62,644 bases of DNA, filler included, from an uncultured Acidimicrobiia bacterium (GCA_964347285.1; 22 parts of 22 records of this genome joined end to end with filler, not necessarily neighbours in it), one strand, 5' to 3'. Counted from the whole stretch's first letter, positions 9,465 to 20,346 are shown. Made by a program: numbers and translations. Notes: generated by a model not told the origin, from the letters alone.

Positions 9465-10200
9465 CTCGACTCGCCTCGTCGTCGGCTTCGGGAAGCGGCT
9501 CATCGCCGTGGGCCTCTTCGGGGCCCGGTTCCTCGGCCTCGGGTGTCGGGGGAGGTGCCGGCTCCTGGATCCCGGCTTTCACCGCATGGCGGAGCAGCAC
9601 GACAGACCCTTTGGGCCCGGGGACGGCGCCCCGCAGCATGATCAAACCTTGCTCGTAATCCACCCGAACGACTTCGAGATTCAGAACGGTGCGTCGCTCG
9701 GCACCCATCCGGCCGGGCAGCTTCTTGCCCCTGAAGACCCGCGAGGGCGCCGCGGCAGCTCCGATCGAGCCCGGGGCACGGTGTACCTTATGTACGCCGT
9801 GGGCGGCGAGCTGTCCGGAGAAGTTGTGCCGCTTGATGACTCCGGCGAAGCCCTTGCCCTTCGAGATGCCGGACACGTCGGCCAGCATCCCCGCCGAGAA
9901 GACGTCTCCAACGTTGATCTCCTGGCCCGCCTGATACTCGGAAGAGTCGTCCACCCGGACTTCGACGAGATGGCGAGCTGGAGGTATGCCGGCTTTTCCG
10001 AAATGACCGGACATCGGGCCGTTGACCCGGCTCGGTTTGACTTCTCCGAACGCCAGTTGCACCGCGGCGTAGCCGTCGTTCTCTGGCGTCTTGACCTGGG
10101 CGACACGGCAGGGGCCGGCGCGCACCACCGTCACAGGGACCACGCCGTCCTCCGCAAACAGCTGGGACATCCCCAGCTTCTCGCCCAGTAGCGCTTTCAC
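9457..10200 (-). CDS. rplC: 50S ribosomal protein L3 (Pro/Glu-rich C-terminal tail)
   Basis: [38 protein letters not shown]. Confidence 0.97.
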   Translation of the reverse strand: MKALLGEKLGMSQLFAEDGVVPVTVVRAGPCRVAQVKTPENDGYAAVQLAFGEVKPSRVNGPMSGHFGKAGIPPARHLVEVRVDDSSEYQAGQEINVGDVFSAGMLADVSGISKGKGFAGVIKRHNFSGQLAAHGVHKVHRAPGSIGAAAAPSRVFRGKKLPGRMGAERRTVLNLEVVRVDYEQGLIMLRGAVPGPKGSVVLLRHAVKAGIQEPAPPPTPEAEEPGPEEAHGDEPLPEADDEASRDG

Positions 10201-10508
10201 AGCTTGATCTCCACCTCCACTCCGGCAGGCAGGTCGAGGCGCATCAACGAATCCACCGTCTTGGGAGTGGGATCGAGGATGTCGATCAGCCGCTTGTGAA
10301 TACGCATCTCGAAATGCTCCCGGGAGTCCTTGTCGACGTGCGGGGAACGAATGACGCAGTACCGGTGGACCTTGGTGGGCAGAGGAATCGGGCCCTTGAT
10401 CTTGGCCTGAGTCCGCACGACGGTCTCGGCGATCTTGCGCGCCGATTCGTCGACCACCTCGTGGTCGTATGCCTTGAGGCGGATGCGGATCTTCTGTCCG
10501 TTTGCCAT
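10197..10508 (-). CDS. rpsJ: 30S ribosomal protein S10
   Basis: [11 protein letters not shown]...[14 protein letters not shown]. Confidence 0.98.
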   Translation of the reverse strand: MANGQKIRIRLKAYDHEVVDESARKIAETVVRTQAKIKGPIPLPTKVHRYCVIRSPHVDKDSREHFEMRIHKRLIDILDPTPKTVDSLMRLDLPAGVEVEIKL

Positions 10509-10532
10509 ATCGTTCCTTCTGTCGTCTGCCTG

Positions 10533-10618
10533 CTACTTCAGTATCTTCGTGACCCGGCCGGCCCCGACGGTGCGCCCCCCCTCGCGAATGGCGAAGCGCA
10601 GGCCCTCTTCCATGGCGA
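10533..10618 (-). CDS. tuf: Elongation factor Tu, C-terminal fragment
   Basis: AMEEGLRFAIREGGRTVGAGRVTKILK*. Confidence 0.95.
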
Positions 10619-10718
10619 NNNNNNNNNNNNNNNNNNNNNNNNNNNNNNNNNNNNNNNNNNNNTTAATTAATTAANNNNNNNNNNNNNNNNNNNNNNNNNN
10701 NNNNNNNNNNNNNNNNNN

Positions 10719-10863
10719 AGTTGCGGTAGTACTCGTCCATGGCCTCGAGCACCTGGACCGGCTTCTGGGTCGTTGCCGCCGAATCCAGGTAACAGAGCGG
10801 CTGGCCGTGGATCTCCCGCTCCAGGATGGGGAAGTCCTTGCGGATGCGGTCGAGATCCATCAT
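10719..10863 (-). CDS. sufS: Cysteine desulfurase, N-terminal fragment
   Basis: IRKDFPIL...[11 protein letters not shown]; overlaps the sufC stop. Confidence 0.92.
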
Positions 10864-11615
10864 GGAGTGGCGCCCACCCGGAAGGCCTCATAGCCCTCGA
10901 CCTCGATGCGGTGAGCCAGGTCGGGCCCGCCGGTCTCCACGATGCGTCCGTCCACGAACACGTGGATCACGTCGGGTGTCATGTAGTCGAGCAGCCGCTG
11001 GTAGTGGGTGATGATCAGGAAACCCCGCTCGGGGTCGGCCGCCTTCTCGATCCCAAAGGCGACGGTCCGGAGGGCATCGATGTCCAATCCGGAGTCCGTC
11101 TCGTCCATGATCGCCAGCTCCGGCTTCAGGATCTGGAGCTGGAGCACTTCACTGCGCTTGCGTTCACCACCCGAGAACCCTTGATTGAGGTAGCGGTCGG
11201 CAAATCCCGGATCCATGTCCAGCTCGGCGATGGCGTCCATCACCTGGAGCCGCAGCTCCAGCACCGTGTAGTCGGTTCCGGTGCGGTTTGAGAGCGCGGT
11301 CCGCAGGAAGTTGGCCACCGAGACCCCGGGGATCTCCTGGGGATGCTGGAAGGCGAGAAACATCCCGGCCCGCCCGCGCTCGTCGGGAGTCCACTCCGAG
11401 ATGTCCTCGCCTTTGTAATGGATGGTCCCGCCGGTGACCTCGTAGCCGAGGTGGCCCATCAAGACGTAGGCCAGGGTGGATTTTCCCGACCCGTTGGGTC
11501 CCATGAGGGCGTGCATCTCGCCGCGTTCGATCGTCAGCGACACGCCTTTGAGGATCTCCTTCCCTTCGGCGGCCGCTCGCAGGTCGTCGATGACCAGGAG
11601 AGGGGCTTCAGGCAT
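10860..11615 (-). CDS. sufC: Fe-S cluster assembly ATPase
   Basis: [51 protein letters not shown]. Confidence 0.95.
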   Translation of the reverse strand: MPEAPLLVIDDLRAAAEGKEILKGVSLTIERGEMHALMGPNGSGKSTLAYVLMGHLGYEVTGGTIHYKGEDISEWTPDERGRAGMFLAFQHPQEIPGVSVANFLRTALSNRTGTDYTVLELRLQVMDAIAELDMDPGFADRYLNQGFSGGERKRSEVLQLQILKPELAIMDETDSGLDIDALRTVAFGIEKAADPERGFLIITHYQRLLDYMTPDVIHVFVDGRIVETGGPDLAHRIEVEGYEAFRVGATP

Positions 11616-11660
11616 CGCCTGCAAGCTTATCGGGAGCCGCTTGAGACCGGTAGGGCGATC

Positions 11661-12587
11661 TCAGCCCGAGAGGAGCGCAACGGCCTCGTCGAAGGCCTCG
11701 TAGTCGACCGGGCCCAGCTGCTGGAAGTAATAGCGGGACACCCCGGCCTCCTCCAGGGCGGCCATCGTGGCCCGGACCTCATCGGGGGGCCCGATCGGCG
11801 TCCCGGCCTCGGTGAGGTGCTGTTCCTGCTCCTCCGGGCTCCGGCCGGTCAGGTCGCACAGCGCCTGGAGGCGACGGCGGTAGGCGGCCTCGTCCACCCT
11901 GAGGAAGAGCGGGCCCATCATCGTCACGACAATATCGTTCGGGTCGCGGCCGGCCTCGACGGCCGCCTCCCGGGCCAGCTCGACCCGCTGCCGGACCGGG
12001 GCGGGCGGCGACGTGAACAGGTTGTATTCGTCGGCGAAGCGGCCCGCCAGCCGGGGCGTTCGGCGGGGTCCACCTCCGCCGACGATCAGCGGCAGGGGAC
12101 CGGTGGGCTTGGGTCGGACGTCGATCCGTTCGAGGGAGTAGTGCCGGCCCTCGAACCCCGGGCTTCCCTCGGCGAAGGCGGCCCGCAGGTAGCCGAGCGC
12201 CTCCTCGAGACGCTCGAACCTCTCCTGCATCGGCCACAGCTCCAGGCCGAAGGCATCGTGCTCGAGTTCCATCCATCCGGTCCCGACTCCCAGCATCAGC
12301 CGTCCGCCCGACATCTCGTCGATGGTCGCCGCGGTCTTGGCGATGACGGCGGGATGGCGGAAGCTGATCGGGCTCACCATCACGCACAGCCGCACGGTGT
12401 CCGTCTCGCGGGCCAGCCCGGCCAGCGTGGCGAAGGCGTCGGTGGCATGGGGGGCCGGGCTCCGCCAGAAGTAGTGGTCGGCGCGGGCGAAGACCCCGAG
12501 GCCGTTGGCCTCGCAATAGCGAGCAGCTTCCAGCAGATCCTCGTACGTCTGGCCCAGCTGGGGCTCGGTCATCATGGCGAGTTCCAT
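11661..12587 (-). CDS. LLM-class (probably F420-dependent) oxidoreductase
   Basis: MTEPQLG, RADHY, TLAGLARET, SPISFRHP, IDEMSGGR. Confidence 0.9.
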   Translation of the reverse strand: MELAMMTEPQLGQTYEDLLEAARYCEANGLGVFARADHYFWRSPAPHATDAFATLAGLARETDTVRLCVMVSPISFRHPAVIAKTAATIDEMSGGRLMLGVGTGWMELEHDAFGLELWPMQERFERLEEALGYLRAAFAEGSPGFEGRHYSLERIDVRPKPTGPLPLIVGGGGPRRTPRLAGRFADEYNLFTSPPAPVRQRVELAREAAVEAGRDPNDIVVTMMGPLFLRVDEAAYRRRLQALCDLTGRSPEEQEQHLTEAGTPIGPPDEVRATMAALEEAGVSRYYFQQLGPVDYEAFDEAVALLSG

Positions 12588-12687
12588 CGGCCTCCCTTCG
12601 GCGGCCCGCCAGGCTAACGGTCGTGGGTCGCCGGGCAGTGGGCGTTGGACTAGCTTGGCTTGTTGGAGCGGCCACCACGGGAGGCTC

Positions 12688-13809
12688 ATGCACTTCGCTT
12701 TCACCGACGAGCAAGAGATGCTGCGCGACGGCGCCCGCCGTTTCCTGGCCGAGAAGTCCCCCCTGGCGCGGGTTCGGGAACTGATGGAGACCGACGACGG
12801 CTACGACCCCGAGCTGTGGTCGGAGATCGCCCAACAGGGTTGGCAGGCAATGCACATTCCCGAGGAATACGGCGGCGCCGGGTTCAGCTACGTGGAACTG
12901 ATCGTGCTCCTGGAGGAGATGGGCCGGATGCTGTTCCCTTCCCCCTTCTTCTCCAGCGTGATCCTGGGTGCCAACGTCCTCCTGGTGGGGGGCTCTGAGG
13001 AACAGAAGAAGGAGTGCCTGCCGGGGGTCGCCTCAGGCGAGCATCGCTTGGCCTTGGCCCAGCTGGAGTCGTCGGGCCGGTGGGATGCCGAGGGCATCCA
13101 GCTCGTGGCCAAGCCGGACGGCGACGACTTCGTGCTGTCCGGCACCAAGCTCTTCGTGGTGGACGGTCACACCGCCGACTCCCTGGTGGTGGCGGCCCGG
13201 ACCGAGGCGGGGGTGAGCCTGTTCGTGATCGACGCCGCCGCCGAGGGCGTCTCCCGGCGACGGGTCGAGACCATGGACATGACCCGCAAGCAGGCCGAGG
13301 TGGTGCTCGACGGAGTGCGGGCCCCGGCGACGGCCATGATCGGTCCCGAGGGCTCGGGCTGGGACACGCTGGAGAAGGTCACCGACCTGGCGGCGGTGGC
13401 GCTGGCCGCCGAGCAGGTCGGCGGTGCCCAAGAGTGCCTCGACATGTCGGTCGAATACGCCAAGGTCCGGATCCAGTTCGGAAGGCCGATCGGCTCGTTC
13501 CAGGCCGTCAAGCACAAGTGCGCCGACATGCTCGTGCAGGTCGAATCGGCTCGCTCGGCGGCCTACTACGCGGGTTGGGCAGCGGCCGCCGGGTCCGACG
13601 AGCTGCCCATCGTCGCTCCTCTGGCCAAGGCGTACTGCTCGGAGGCCTACTTCTTCGCCGCGTCAGAGAACATCCAGATCCACGGCGGCATCGGCTTCAC
13701 CTGGGAGCACGACGCTCACCTGTACTTCAAGCGGGCCAAGAGCTCCGAGCTGCTGGTCGGCTCGCCGTCCTACCACCGTCAGGTTCTGGCCGACCGCCTC
13801 GGGCTCTGA
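12688..13809 (+). CDS. Acyl-CoA dehydrogenase family protein
   Basis: FTDEQEML, RIQFGRPIGSFQAVKH, QIHGGIGFTWEH; SD GGAGG. Confidence 0.93.
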   Translation: MHFAFTDEQEMLRDGARRFLAEKSPLARVRELMETDDGYDPELWSEIAQQGWQAMHIPEEYGGAGFSYVELIVLLEEMGRMLFPSPFFSSVILGANVLLVGGSEEQKKECLPGVASGEHRLALAQLESSGRWDAEGIQLVAKPDGDDFVLSGTKLFVVDGHTADSLVVAARTEAGVSLFVIDAAAEGVSRRRVETMDMTRKQAEVVLDGVRAPATAMIGPEGSGWDTLEKVTDLAAVALAAEQVGGAQECLDMSVEYAKVRIQFGRPIGSFQAVKHKCADMLVQVESARSAAYYAGWAAAAGSDELPIVAPLAKAYCSEAYFFAASENIQIHGGIGFTWEHDAHLYFKRAKSSELLVGSPSYHRQVLADRLGL

Positions 13810-13832
13810 TCGGGGCGGCCCCCGCCGGACTC

Positions 13833-13939
13833 TCAGCCGAGCGCCTCGATGCCCTCGGTGATGAGCAGCTCGTACTCCTCGTCCGTGAGCGACGTTCCCA
13901 GCTCTTTCTCGTACTGCCACTTGGCGAACGCCCGCACCA
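13833..13939 (-). CDS. C-terminal fragment of an unknown protein
   Basis: VRAFAKWQYEKELGTSLTDEEYELLITEGIEALG*; GC3-rich frame. Confidence 0.55.
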
Positions 13940-14125
13940 NNNNNNNNNNNNNNNNNNNNNNNNNNNNNNNNNNNNNNNNNNNNTTAATTAATTAANNNNN
14001 NNNNNNNNNNNNNNNNNNNNNNNNNNNNNNNNNNNNNNNGCTCCACTCTGTTCATGGCTCTTCGGCCAAGGCCTCATCGCGGTGCCGATGGGGCCCGAGG
14101 CGCCGTCACCGAGATCGAGCCGCCC

Positions 14126-15490
14126 TCACTGCGATGCCGGCGCGATGTTCTGGTTCATGTGGAACAAGTTGTCCGGGTCGTACTTCGTCTTCACCTCGAC
14201 GAGTCGGTCGTAATTGGCCCCGTAGTTGGCCGCAACCCGTCCCTGGTCGTCCTCAGCCATGAAGTTGACGTACCCGCCTTCCATGGAATGCGGAGCGAGT
14301 GCTGCGGCGTACCCGCGCACCCAGGCGATGTTCGCCTCGTTGTCCGCCGGGTCCTCCCACATCCCGGCGATGACCGGTGAGAAGGAGGCATCTCGATGCC
14401 CGAACGCGGTGGCGTCGGATGCCACCCGATGGCATGCACCGTTGATGGGATAGAGGTGCATTGTGGACTGCATCGTCGGCACCTTGGGGCCGAATACGAG
14501 ATGAACGTCAATGGCTTCATCGGTTATCTCGAGCGCATAGTTCGCCTTCCAGTAGTGCTGGAGCCCCGCCGGCAGCAAGGCGTCGAAGGCGGAGTTCAGC
14601 GCCGGGAACGGCGCCGGACCGACGTGCTCGGCAACCACCGGGGCCACATCGCGGAACGGTTTGAGCACGTCCTCTGCCGCGTCGAGCGGGCCCGTCCAGC
14701 ACGAGACGACGATGCAGAACGTGTCGCCGTGTCGATCCTCGGGAATGAAGGGCAGCGGGGGAGCGATCTGCCAGCCGAAGAAGCCCCCGAACTCCTCCGG
14801 AGCGTCGGCGATGAAATCCCGGTACAGGCCCAGCACATCTGGGGCGGAGTCGACCTCGAAGAACATCGGTCCGCCGTAGATCATGTCGACCGGGTGGAGT
14901 CGGTACTCGAAGTGGGTGACGACTCCGAAGTTGCCTCCCCCTCCCCGGATCGCCCAGAAGAGGTCGGCGTTCTCGCCATCGTTGGCGTGGAGCAGCCTGC
15001 CTTCGGCGGTGACCACATCGGCGGAGATCAGGTTGTCCACCGACAATCCGTGCCGTCGGGTCAGGTAGCCGATTCCGCCTCCGAGGGTCAAGCCGGCGAT
15101 GCCCGTCGTCGAGATGATGCCGCCCGGCGCGTGCATGCCGAACGTGTGAGTCGCGTGGTCGAGGTCACCCCAGGTGACGCCGCCCTGGGCGCGAACCGTC
15201 CTCGCTTCGGGGTCGACTCGAATGCCCTTCATGCGTCTCAGGTCGATGACCACCCCGCCGTCGTTCGTACCGAAACCGGGAACGCTGTGGCCGCCGCCCC
15301 TGATGGAGAGGTCGAGACCGCTCTCGGCCGCGTAGCGCACCCCGGCGATCACGTCGGCGTCGTCCAGCGCTCCGATCACCACAGCCGGCCGCTTGTCGAT
15401 CATCCCGTTGTAGACCGAGCGAGCCTCGTCGTATCCATCGTCACCGTCGATGAAGATCGGGCCGCGCACCTGCTCTCGCAGCGAATCCAT
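14126..15490 (-). CDS. FAD-linked oxidase (VAO/berberine-bridge family)
   Basis: RGGGHS, GIAGLTLGGGIG, WAIRGGGGNFGVVT, YVNF...KYDPDNLF. Confidence 0.93.
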   Translation of the reverse strand: MDSLREQVRGPIFIDGDDGYDEARSVYNGMIDKRPAVVIGALDDADVIAGVRYAAESGLDLSIRGGGHSVPGFGTNDGGVVIDLRRMKGIRVDPEARTVRAQGGVTWGDLDHATHTFGMHAPGGIISTTGIAGLTLGGGIGYLTRRHGLSVDNLISADVVTAEGRLLHANDGENADLFWAIRGGGGNFGVVTHFEYRLHPVDMIYGGPMFFEVDSAPDVLGLYRDFIADAPEEFGGFFGWQIAPPLPFIPEDRHGDTFCIVVSCWTGPLDAAEDVLKPFRDVAPVVAEHVGPAPFPALNSAFDALLPAGLQHYWKANYALEITDEAIDVHLVFGPKVPTMQSTMHLYPINGACHRVASDATAFGHRDASFSPVIAGMWEDPADNEANIAWVRGYAAALAPHSMEGGYVNFMAEDDQGRVAANYGANYDRLVEVKTKYDPDNLFHMNQNIAPASQ

Positions 15491-15696
15491 GGAAATACCC
15501 CCTTTCGTTGTCGCCGCACATCTGCGACCGGCTCGGAGCTTACTTCCTCCGCGGTCCTCATGAGGAATGGGCACCCGAGTTCTTAGATACCGCTAAATCG
15601 GGCAGAGCCCCGGTAAGGTCCCCGGGATGGCCGGCTCCGCTCATCACCGAAGCCACGGTTGTCGCGGCCGGGAAACGTCGAAGTGCAGGTTGCGCC

Positions 15697-16407
15697 TTGG
15701 TCACGCGTGACGTATTGAGTGAACTCACCGAGTGCCGGGCCACCCTGCGGGCGATGGCGTTGGTGCTGGCGCGGGCCGAGGACGCCGAACGGGCCCGCAT
15801 CGCCCGGGGGCTGCACGACGATCTGGGGCAGACGCTGGCGGCGGTGCAATTGCGGCTCGCCGAGTTGGAGCGAGCCGGCACCGAGGGGGCCAGGCGCACG
15901 ATCATCGCGGCGGTGAGCGATCTCGTCGGTGAAGCGATCGAATCGTCGCGAACGCTCACGTTCGAGTTGATGGCTCCGGTGATGCCCGAGATCGGAATCG
16001 ACGCCGAGCTCGAGCACCTCGCCACCCGGCTGATGGAGGAGTCCGGCACAAAGTGCCGCTTCGACTCCGATTCTGAACCGAAACCGGTGAGCCCCGAGGT
16101 GGCGGTGGCCCTGCTTCGGGTCACCTGCGAGCTGTTGGTCAACGTCAAGAAGCATGCCGATGCGGAGACGGCGATCGTGGCGGTGACCCGAGTCGGGGAT
16201 CGGATCCGGGTCGCGGTGAGCGACGACGGGATAGGCTTCGAGCCCCATTCGCCGACGGCGCCCGAGCGGGCCGGCTTCGGCTTGCTGATCGTCGAAGAAC
16301 GGTTGGCCAGGATCGGCGGGGATGTCGAGATCGACTCGAGCCAAGGCTCGGGTGCCCGGATCGTCGTGACGGCACCGCTCCTCCTCGACGCCGGAGAAAC
16401 ACGTTGA
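15697..16407 (+). CDS. HisKA_3 histidine kinase without an evident sensor domain (start uncertain)
   Basis: ERARIARGLHDDLGQTL, ELLVNVKKHA, DDGIGF, GFGL, DSSQGSG. Confidence 0.85.
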   Translation: MVTRDVLSELTECRATLRAMALVLARAEDAERARIARGLHDDLGQTLAAVQLRLAELERAGTEGARRTIIAAVSDLVGEAIESSRTLTFELMAPVMPEIGIDAELEHLATRLMEESGTKCRFDSDSEPKPVSPEVAVALLRVTCELLVNVKKHADAETAIVAVTRVGDRIRVAVSDDGIGFEPHSPTAPERAGFGLLIVEERLARIGGDVEIDSSQGSGARIVVTAPLLLDAGETR

Positions 16408-17063
16408 CCATTCGAGTACTGGTTGTCGATGACCATCCGACGGTGCGGGAAGGTCTCCGGTCCATCATCGGCGAGCAATCGGATATGGCGGTGATCGGGG
16501 TGGCAGAAGACGGCTACGCCGCCATCAGCGCAGCCCGGGAGCAGGCTCCCGAAGTGGTGGTGATGGATGTGTCGATGCCGGGGTTGAACGGGATCGAAGC
16601 AACGCGCCGGATCCAGGCCGAGCTTCCCCATGTTCGGGTGTTGTGCCTCTCAGTGCACGCCGACGAACATCTGGTGTCGGAGATGCTGGAGGCCGGCGCT
16701 TCGGGCTACGTGCTCAAAGACGCCGCCCCGGTAGAACTGGTGGAGGCCGTCCGGGTCGTCGCCAACCGCCAGACCTACTTGAGCCCGTCCGTGGCCGGCG
16801 GGGTGGTTCGAGACTACGTTTCGCACCTCTCCGCAGACAAGGCACGTGAGCCGCACCTCACGAGCCGGGAGCGGGAGGTGTTGCAGTTGATCGCCGAGGG
16901 TCATGACACAGGCCACATCGCCAGCCGTCTTACGATCAGTCCCAAGACGGTGGCCACCCATCGGGAGCACCTCATGCAGAAGCTCGATCTGCACAGCATC
17001 GCCGCACTCACCAAGTACGCGATCCGCCACGGCATCTCGACCGCCGAACGCGACACTGAGTAG
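16404..17063 (+). CDS. NarL/LuxR family response regulator
   Basis: VLVVDDH, MDVSMPGLNG, GYVLK, LTSREREVL HTH. Confidence 0.95.
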   Translation: MTIRVLVVDDHPTVREGLRSIIGEQSDMAVIGVAEDGYAAISAAREQAPEVVVMDVSMPGLNGIEATRRIQAELPHVRVLCLSVHADEHLVSEMLEAGASGYVLKDAAPVELVEAVRVVANRQTYLSPSVAGGVVRDYVSHLSADKAREPHLTSREREVLQLIAEGHDTGHIASRLTISPKTVATHREHLMQKLDLHSIAALTKYAIRHGISTAERDTE

Positions 17064-17250
17064 ACAGCGTCAAGCGGATCCACTTCCGAGGAGAACGTCG
17101 GGGTATTAGCCGTCCAGTATCAGGCGCCTGCTGATTCCCATGGCGGGTTNNNNNNNNNNNNNNNNNNNNNNNNNNNNNNNNNNNNNNNNNNNNTTAATTA
17201 ATTAANNNNNNNNNNNNNNNNNNNNNNNNNNNNNNNNNNNNNNNNNNNNC

Positions 17251-17391
17251 GTCACCATCTTCGCCGCCTTCTACCTCACGGCCCTCGCCCGGGGCCGGGT
17301 GCGCGCCGTCACGTGTCCCTCATGCGGGCGAGTTGCGTCGCGCGCTCACGCGCGGTGTCCCGCCTGCCGTCGCCCACTCGAGGCGGCCTAG
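17251..17391 (+). CDS. Zinc-ribbon membrane protein, C-terminal fragment
   Basis: VTIFAAFYLTALARG...CPSCG...CPACRRPL*. Confidence 0.55.
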   Translation, partial: VTIFAAFYLTALARGRVRAVTCPSCGRVASRAHARCPACRRPLEAA

Positions 17392-17465
17392 GGGTTTCAG
17401 TTTCAGGCGGTGGGAACCCCGTGCTATCGTCTTGCGATCGAAAGCGCCTCCTTGGATCCGATTAG

Positions 17466-18566
17466 ATGCGCCGAGCGCCGGTGAGAGATTCGCGCAAACG
17501 ATGGCGGCTGGTCGTCTTCGTGGCCGGGCTCGGCCTCATCCTCGCGGCCTGCTCCAGCGGTCTTCCCCAGAGCACCCTCGAGCCGGCGGGCGACCCGGCG
17601 CGAGAAGTCGACACGCTGTTCCGGATCGTCTTCTGGATCGCGGTGGGGGTCTTCGTCCTGGTCGAGGGCGGCCTGATCTACGCGGCCTTCCGCTTCCGCC
17701 GGCGCCCCGAGGAGGAGACGCCGGTGCAGGTGCACGGGAACACGCGGCTCGAGGTGGTCTGGACGCTCATCCCGGCCCTGATCCTCGCCGGCCTCGCCTT
17801 TCCGACCATCAGCACCATATTCAACCTCTCCCGCAAGCCGCCGGAGGGCGAGGCCTTGGAGATCCGAGTGATCGGCCACCAGTGGTGGTGGGAGTTCGAG
17901 TACCCGGCCGAGGGCATCGTCACGGCCAACGAGATGCACATTCCGGTGAACCGGCCCGTGACCCTCACGCTCGAGTCGGAGGAGACGCCAGGGGGCCTGG
18001 CCGGGTTCGCGGAGGACGGCGAGCCGATCGGCGAGAACGCGATCGCCGTGATCCACAGCTTCTGGGTCCCCCGCCTCAGCGGCAAGCAGGACTTGGTGCC
18101 GGGTCGCGTCAACACCCTGACCATCGAGGCCGACGAGCCGGGCACGTACGAGGGGCAATGCGCCGAGTTCTGCGGGCTGTCCCACGCGAACATGCGTCTC
18201 CGAGTGATCGCCGAGACGGACGAGGACTTCGCCCGGTGGCTCGAGGAGCAGCGGGCTCCCGCCGCGGAGCCCCCGCCGGGAAGCGACGCCGCAAAGGGCG
18301 CCGAGTTCTTCCAGAACTTCGGCACCGGCTCCTGCCTCGCCTGCCACGGGCTCGAGCCGAACCAGGGCGGCGCCGTCGGCCCCAACCTGGCCCACATCGG
18401 AAGCCGAGAGACCTTCGCGGCCGGGCTCCTCGCCATGAACGAGGAGAACCTGAGGAAGTGGCTCGACGACCCGCGCTCGGTGAAGCCCGGCGTCGTGATG
18501 CCCGACTACAACCTGACCGACGAGCAGATCGAGGCGCTCACCGCCTACCTGCTGAGCCTGAAGTGA
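17466..18566 (+). CDS. ctaC: Cytochrome c oxidase subunit II with fused cytochrome c (caa3 type), lipoprotein
   Basis: LAAC lipobox, GHQWWWEF, VIHSFW, CAEFCGLSHANM (CuA), CLACH heme c motif. Confidence 0.95.
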   Translation: MRRAPVRDSRKRWRLVVFVAGLGLILAACSSGLPQSTLEPAGDPAREVDTLFRIVFWIAVGVFVLVEGGLIYAAFRFRRRPEEETPVQVHGNTRLEVVWTLIPALILAGLAFPTISTIFNLSRKPPEGEALEIRVIGHQWWWEFEYPAEGIVTANEMHIPVNRPVTLTLESEETPGGLAGFAEDGEPIGENAIAVIHSFWVPRLSGKQDLVPGRVNTLTIEADEPGTYEGQCAEFCGLSHANMRLRVIAETDEDFARWLEEQRAPAAEPPPGSDAAKGAEFFQNFGTGSCLACHGLEPNQGGAVGPNLAHIGSRETFAAGLLAMNEENLRKWLDDPRSVKPGVVMPDYNLTDEQIEALTAYLLSLK

Positions 18567-18579
18567 GTATGGGGGACTG

Positions 18580-20346
18580 ATGGCGATCTCGGAACCGCTC
18601 CCGCGCACCACCATCTTCCGACGTCCCGTGGCGACCACCGGCCTCTGGTCGTGGATCACGACGGTCGACCACAAGCGGATCGGCATCCTCTACGGCGTCA
18701 CCTCGTTCGCCTTCTTCATCATCGGCGGGATCGAGGCGCTGCTGATCCGCTGGCAGCTGGCCACCCCCGAGGGAACCCTCATCGACGCCGATACCTACAA
18801 CCAGCTGTTCACCATGCACGGCCTCACCATGGTGTTCCTGGTCGTGATGCCCCTCTCGGCGGCGTTCTTCAACTACCTCATCCCGCTCCAGATCGGCGCC
18901 CGCGACGTGGCCTTTCCTCGGCTCAACGCGCTCTCCTACTGGATCTTCCTGTTCGGCGGCCTGTTCATCTACTCCAGCTTCTTCCTGGGCGGGGCGCCGG
19001 ACGGCGGCTGGTTCGGCTACGCGCCCTTCTCCAGCCAGTCGCTGGGCAACAAGATGACCTTCTACGCGATCGGCCTCCAGATCCTGGGGCTCGCCTCACT
19101 CGTGGCGGCGATCAACTTCATCGTGACGATCCTGAACGAGCGCGCCCCCGGCATGACCATGCTCCGGATGCCGGTCTTCGTGTGGATGACGCTGGTCGTC
19201 TCGTTCCTGCTGCTGTTCGCCCTCCCGGTCATCGCCGTGGCCCTCTTCCAGCTGGGGGCCGACCGGATCTTCGCCACCAACTTCTTCAACCCCGCCGCGG
19301 GAGGAGACCCCGTGCTCTGGCAGCACATGTTCTGGGTCTTCGGCCACCCGGAGGTCTACATCCTGATCCTCCCCGCCATGGGGATCGTCTCGGAGGTGCT
19401 CCCCACCTTCTCCCGGAAGCCGCTCTTCGGCTACCCGGCGGTCGTCTTCGCCGGCGTGGCCATCGGGTTCATGGGCTGGGGCGTCTGGGCCCATCACATG
19501 TTCACCACCGGGCTCGGCCCGGTGGCGAACTCCGCTTTCGCCCTCTCGACCATGTTCATCGCCGTTCCCACCGGCATCAAGATCTTCAACTGGTTGGGAA
19601 CGATGTGGGGCGGCTCGCTGCGGTTCACGACGCCCATGCTCTTCGCCGTCGGCTTCGTGGCGATGTTCGTCATCGGCGGCCTCTCAGGGGTCACGCACTC
19701 CATCGCACCGGCCGACACGCAGCAGCACGACACCTACTACGTGGTGGCCCACTTCCATTACGTGCTCTTCGGGGGGGCCATCTTCGGCCTCTTCTCGGGC
19801 GCCTACTACTGGTTCCCGAAGGTCACCGGGCGGCTGCTCGACGAGCGCCAGGGCAAGCTCCATTTCTGGCTCATGCTCATCGGGTTCAACCTCGCCTTCG
19901 GCCCGATGCACATCCTCGGCCTGGAGGGGATGCCGCGGCGCATCTACACCTACTCCGAGGGACTGGGGTTCGACCTTTGGAACATGGTCTCGACCGTGGG
20001 GGCGTTCATCATCGCCGCCTCGATCCTGGTCTTCATGGCCAACGTGGTGCGCACCGTGGCCCGCGGCGCGCGGGCGGAGGCGGACCCGTGGGACGGGCGG
20101 ACGCTGGAGTGGACGATCCCCTCCCCCCCGCCCCACTACAACTTCGCCGAGATCCCCCACGTCCGCGCCCGCGATGACTTCTGGCACCGGAAGTACACGG
20201 AGGATGAGACCGGGCACGCCACTCCGGTTGTGGCCGGCGGGTCGAACGGGGAGCCGGCGGCCCCCGAGGGCGGGGAGGGGCACGCCGACATCCACATGCC
20301 CTCGCCCTCCTACTTCCCGATCCTAGCCGCCGCCGGGATGCCCCTC
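18580..20346 (+). CDS. ctaD: Cytochrome c oxidase subunit I (A1 type) with C-terminal extension, 3'-partial
   Basis: TVDHKRIG, FGHPEVY, WAHHMF, VAHFHY, GMPRR, then HMPSPSYFP extension. Confidence 0.97.
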
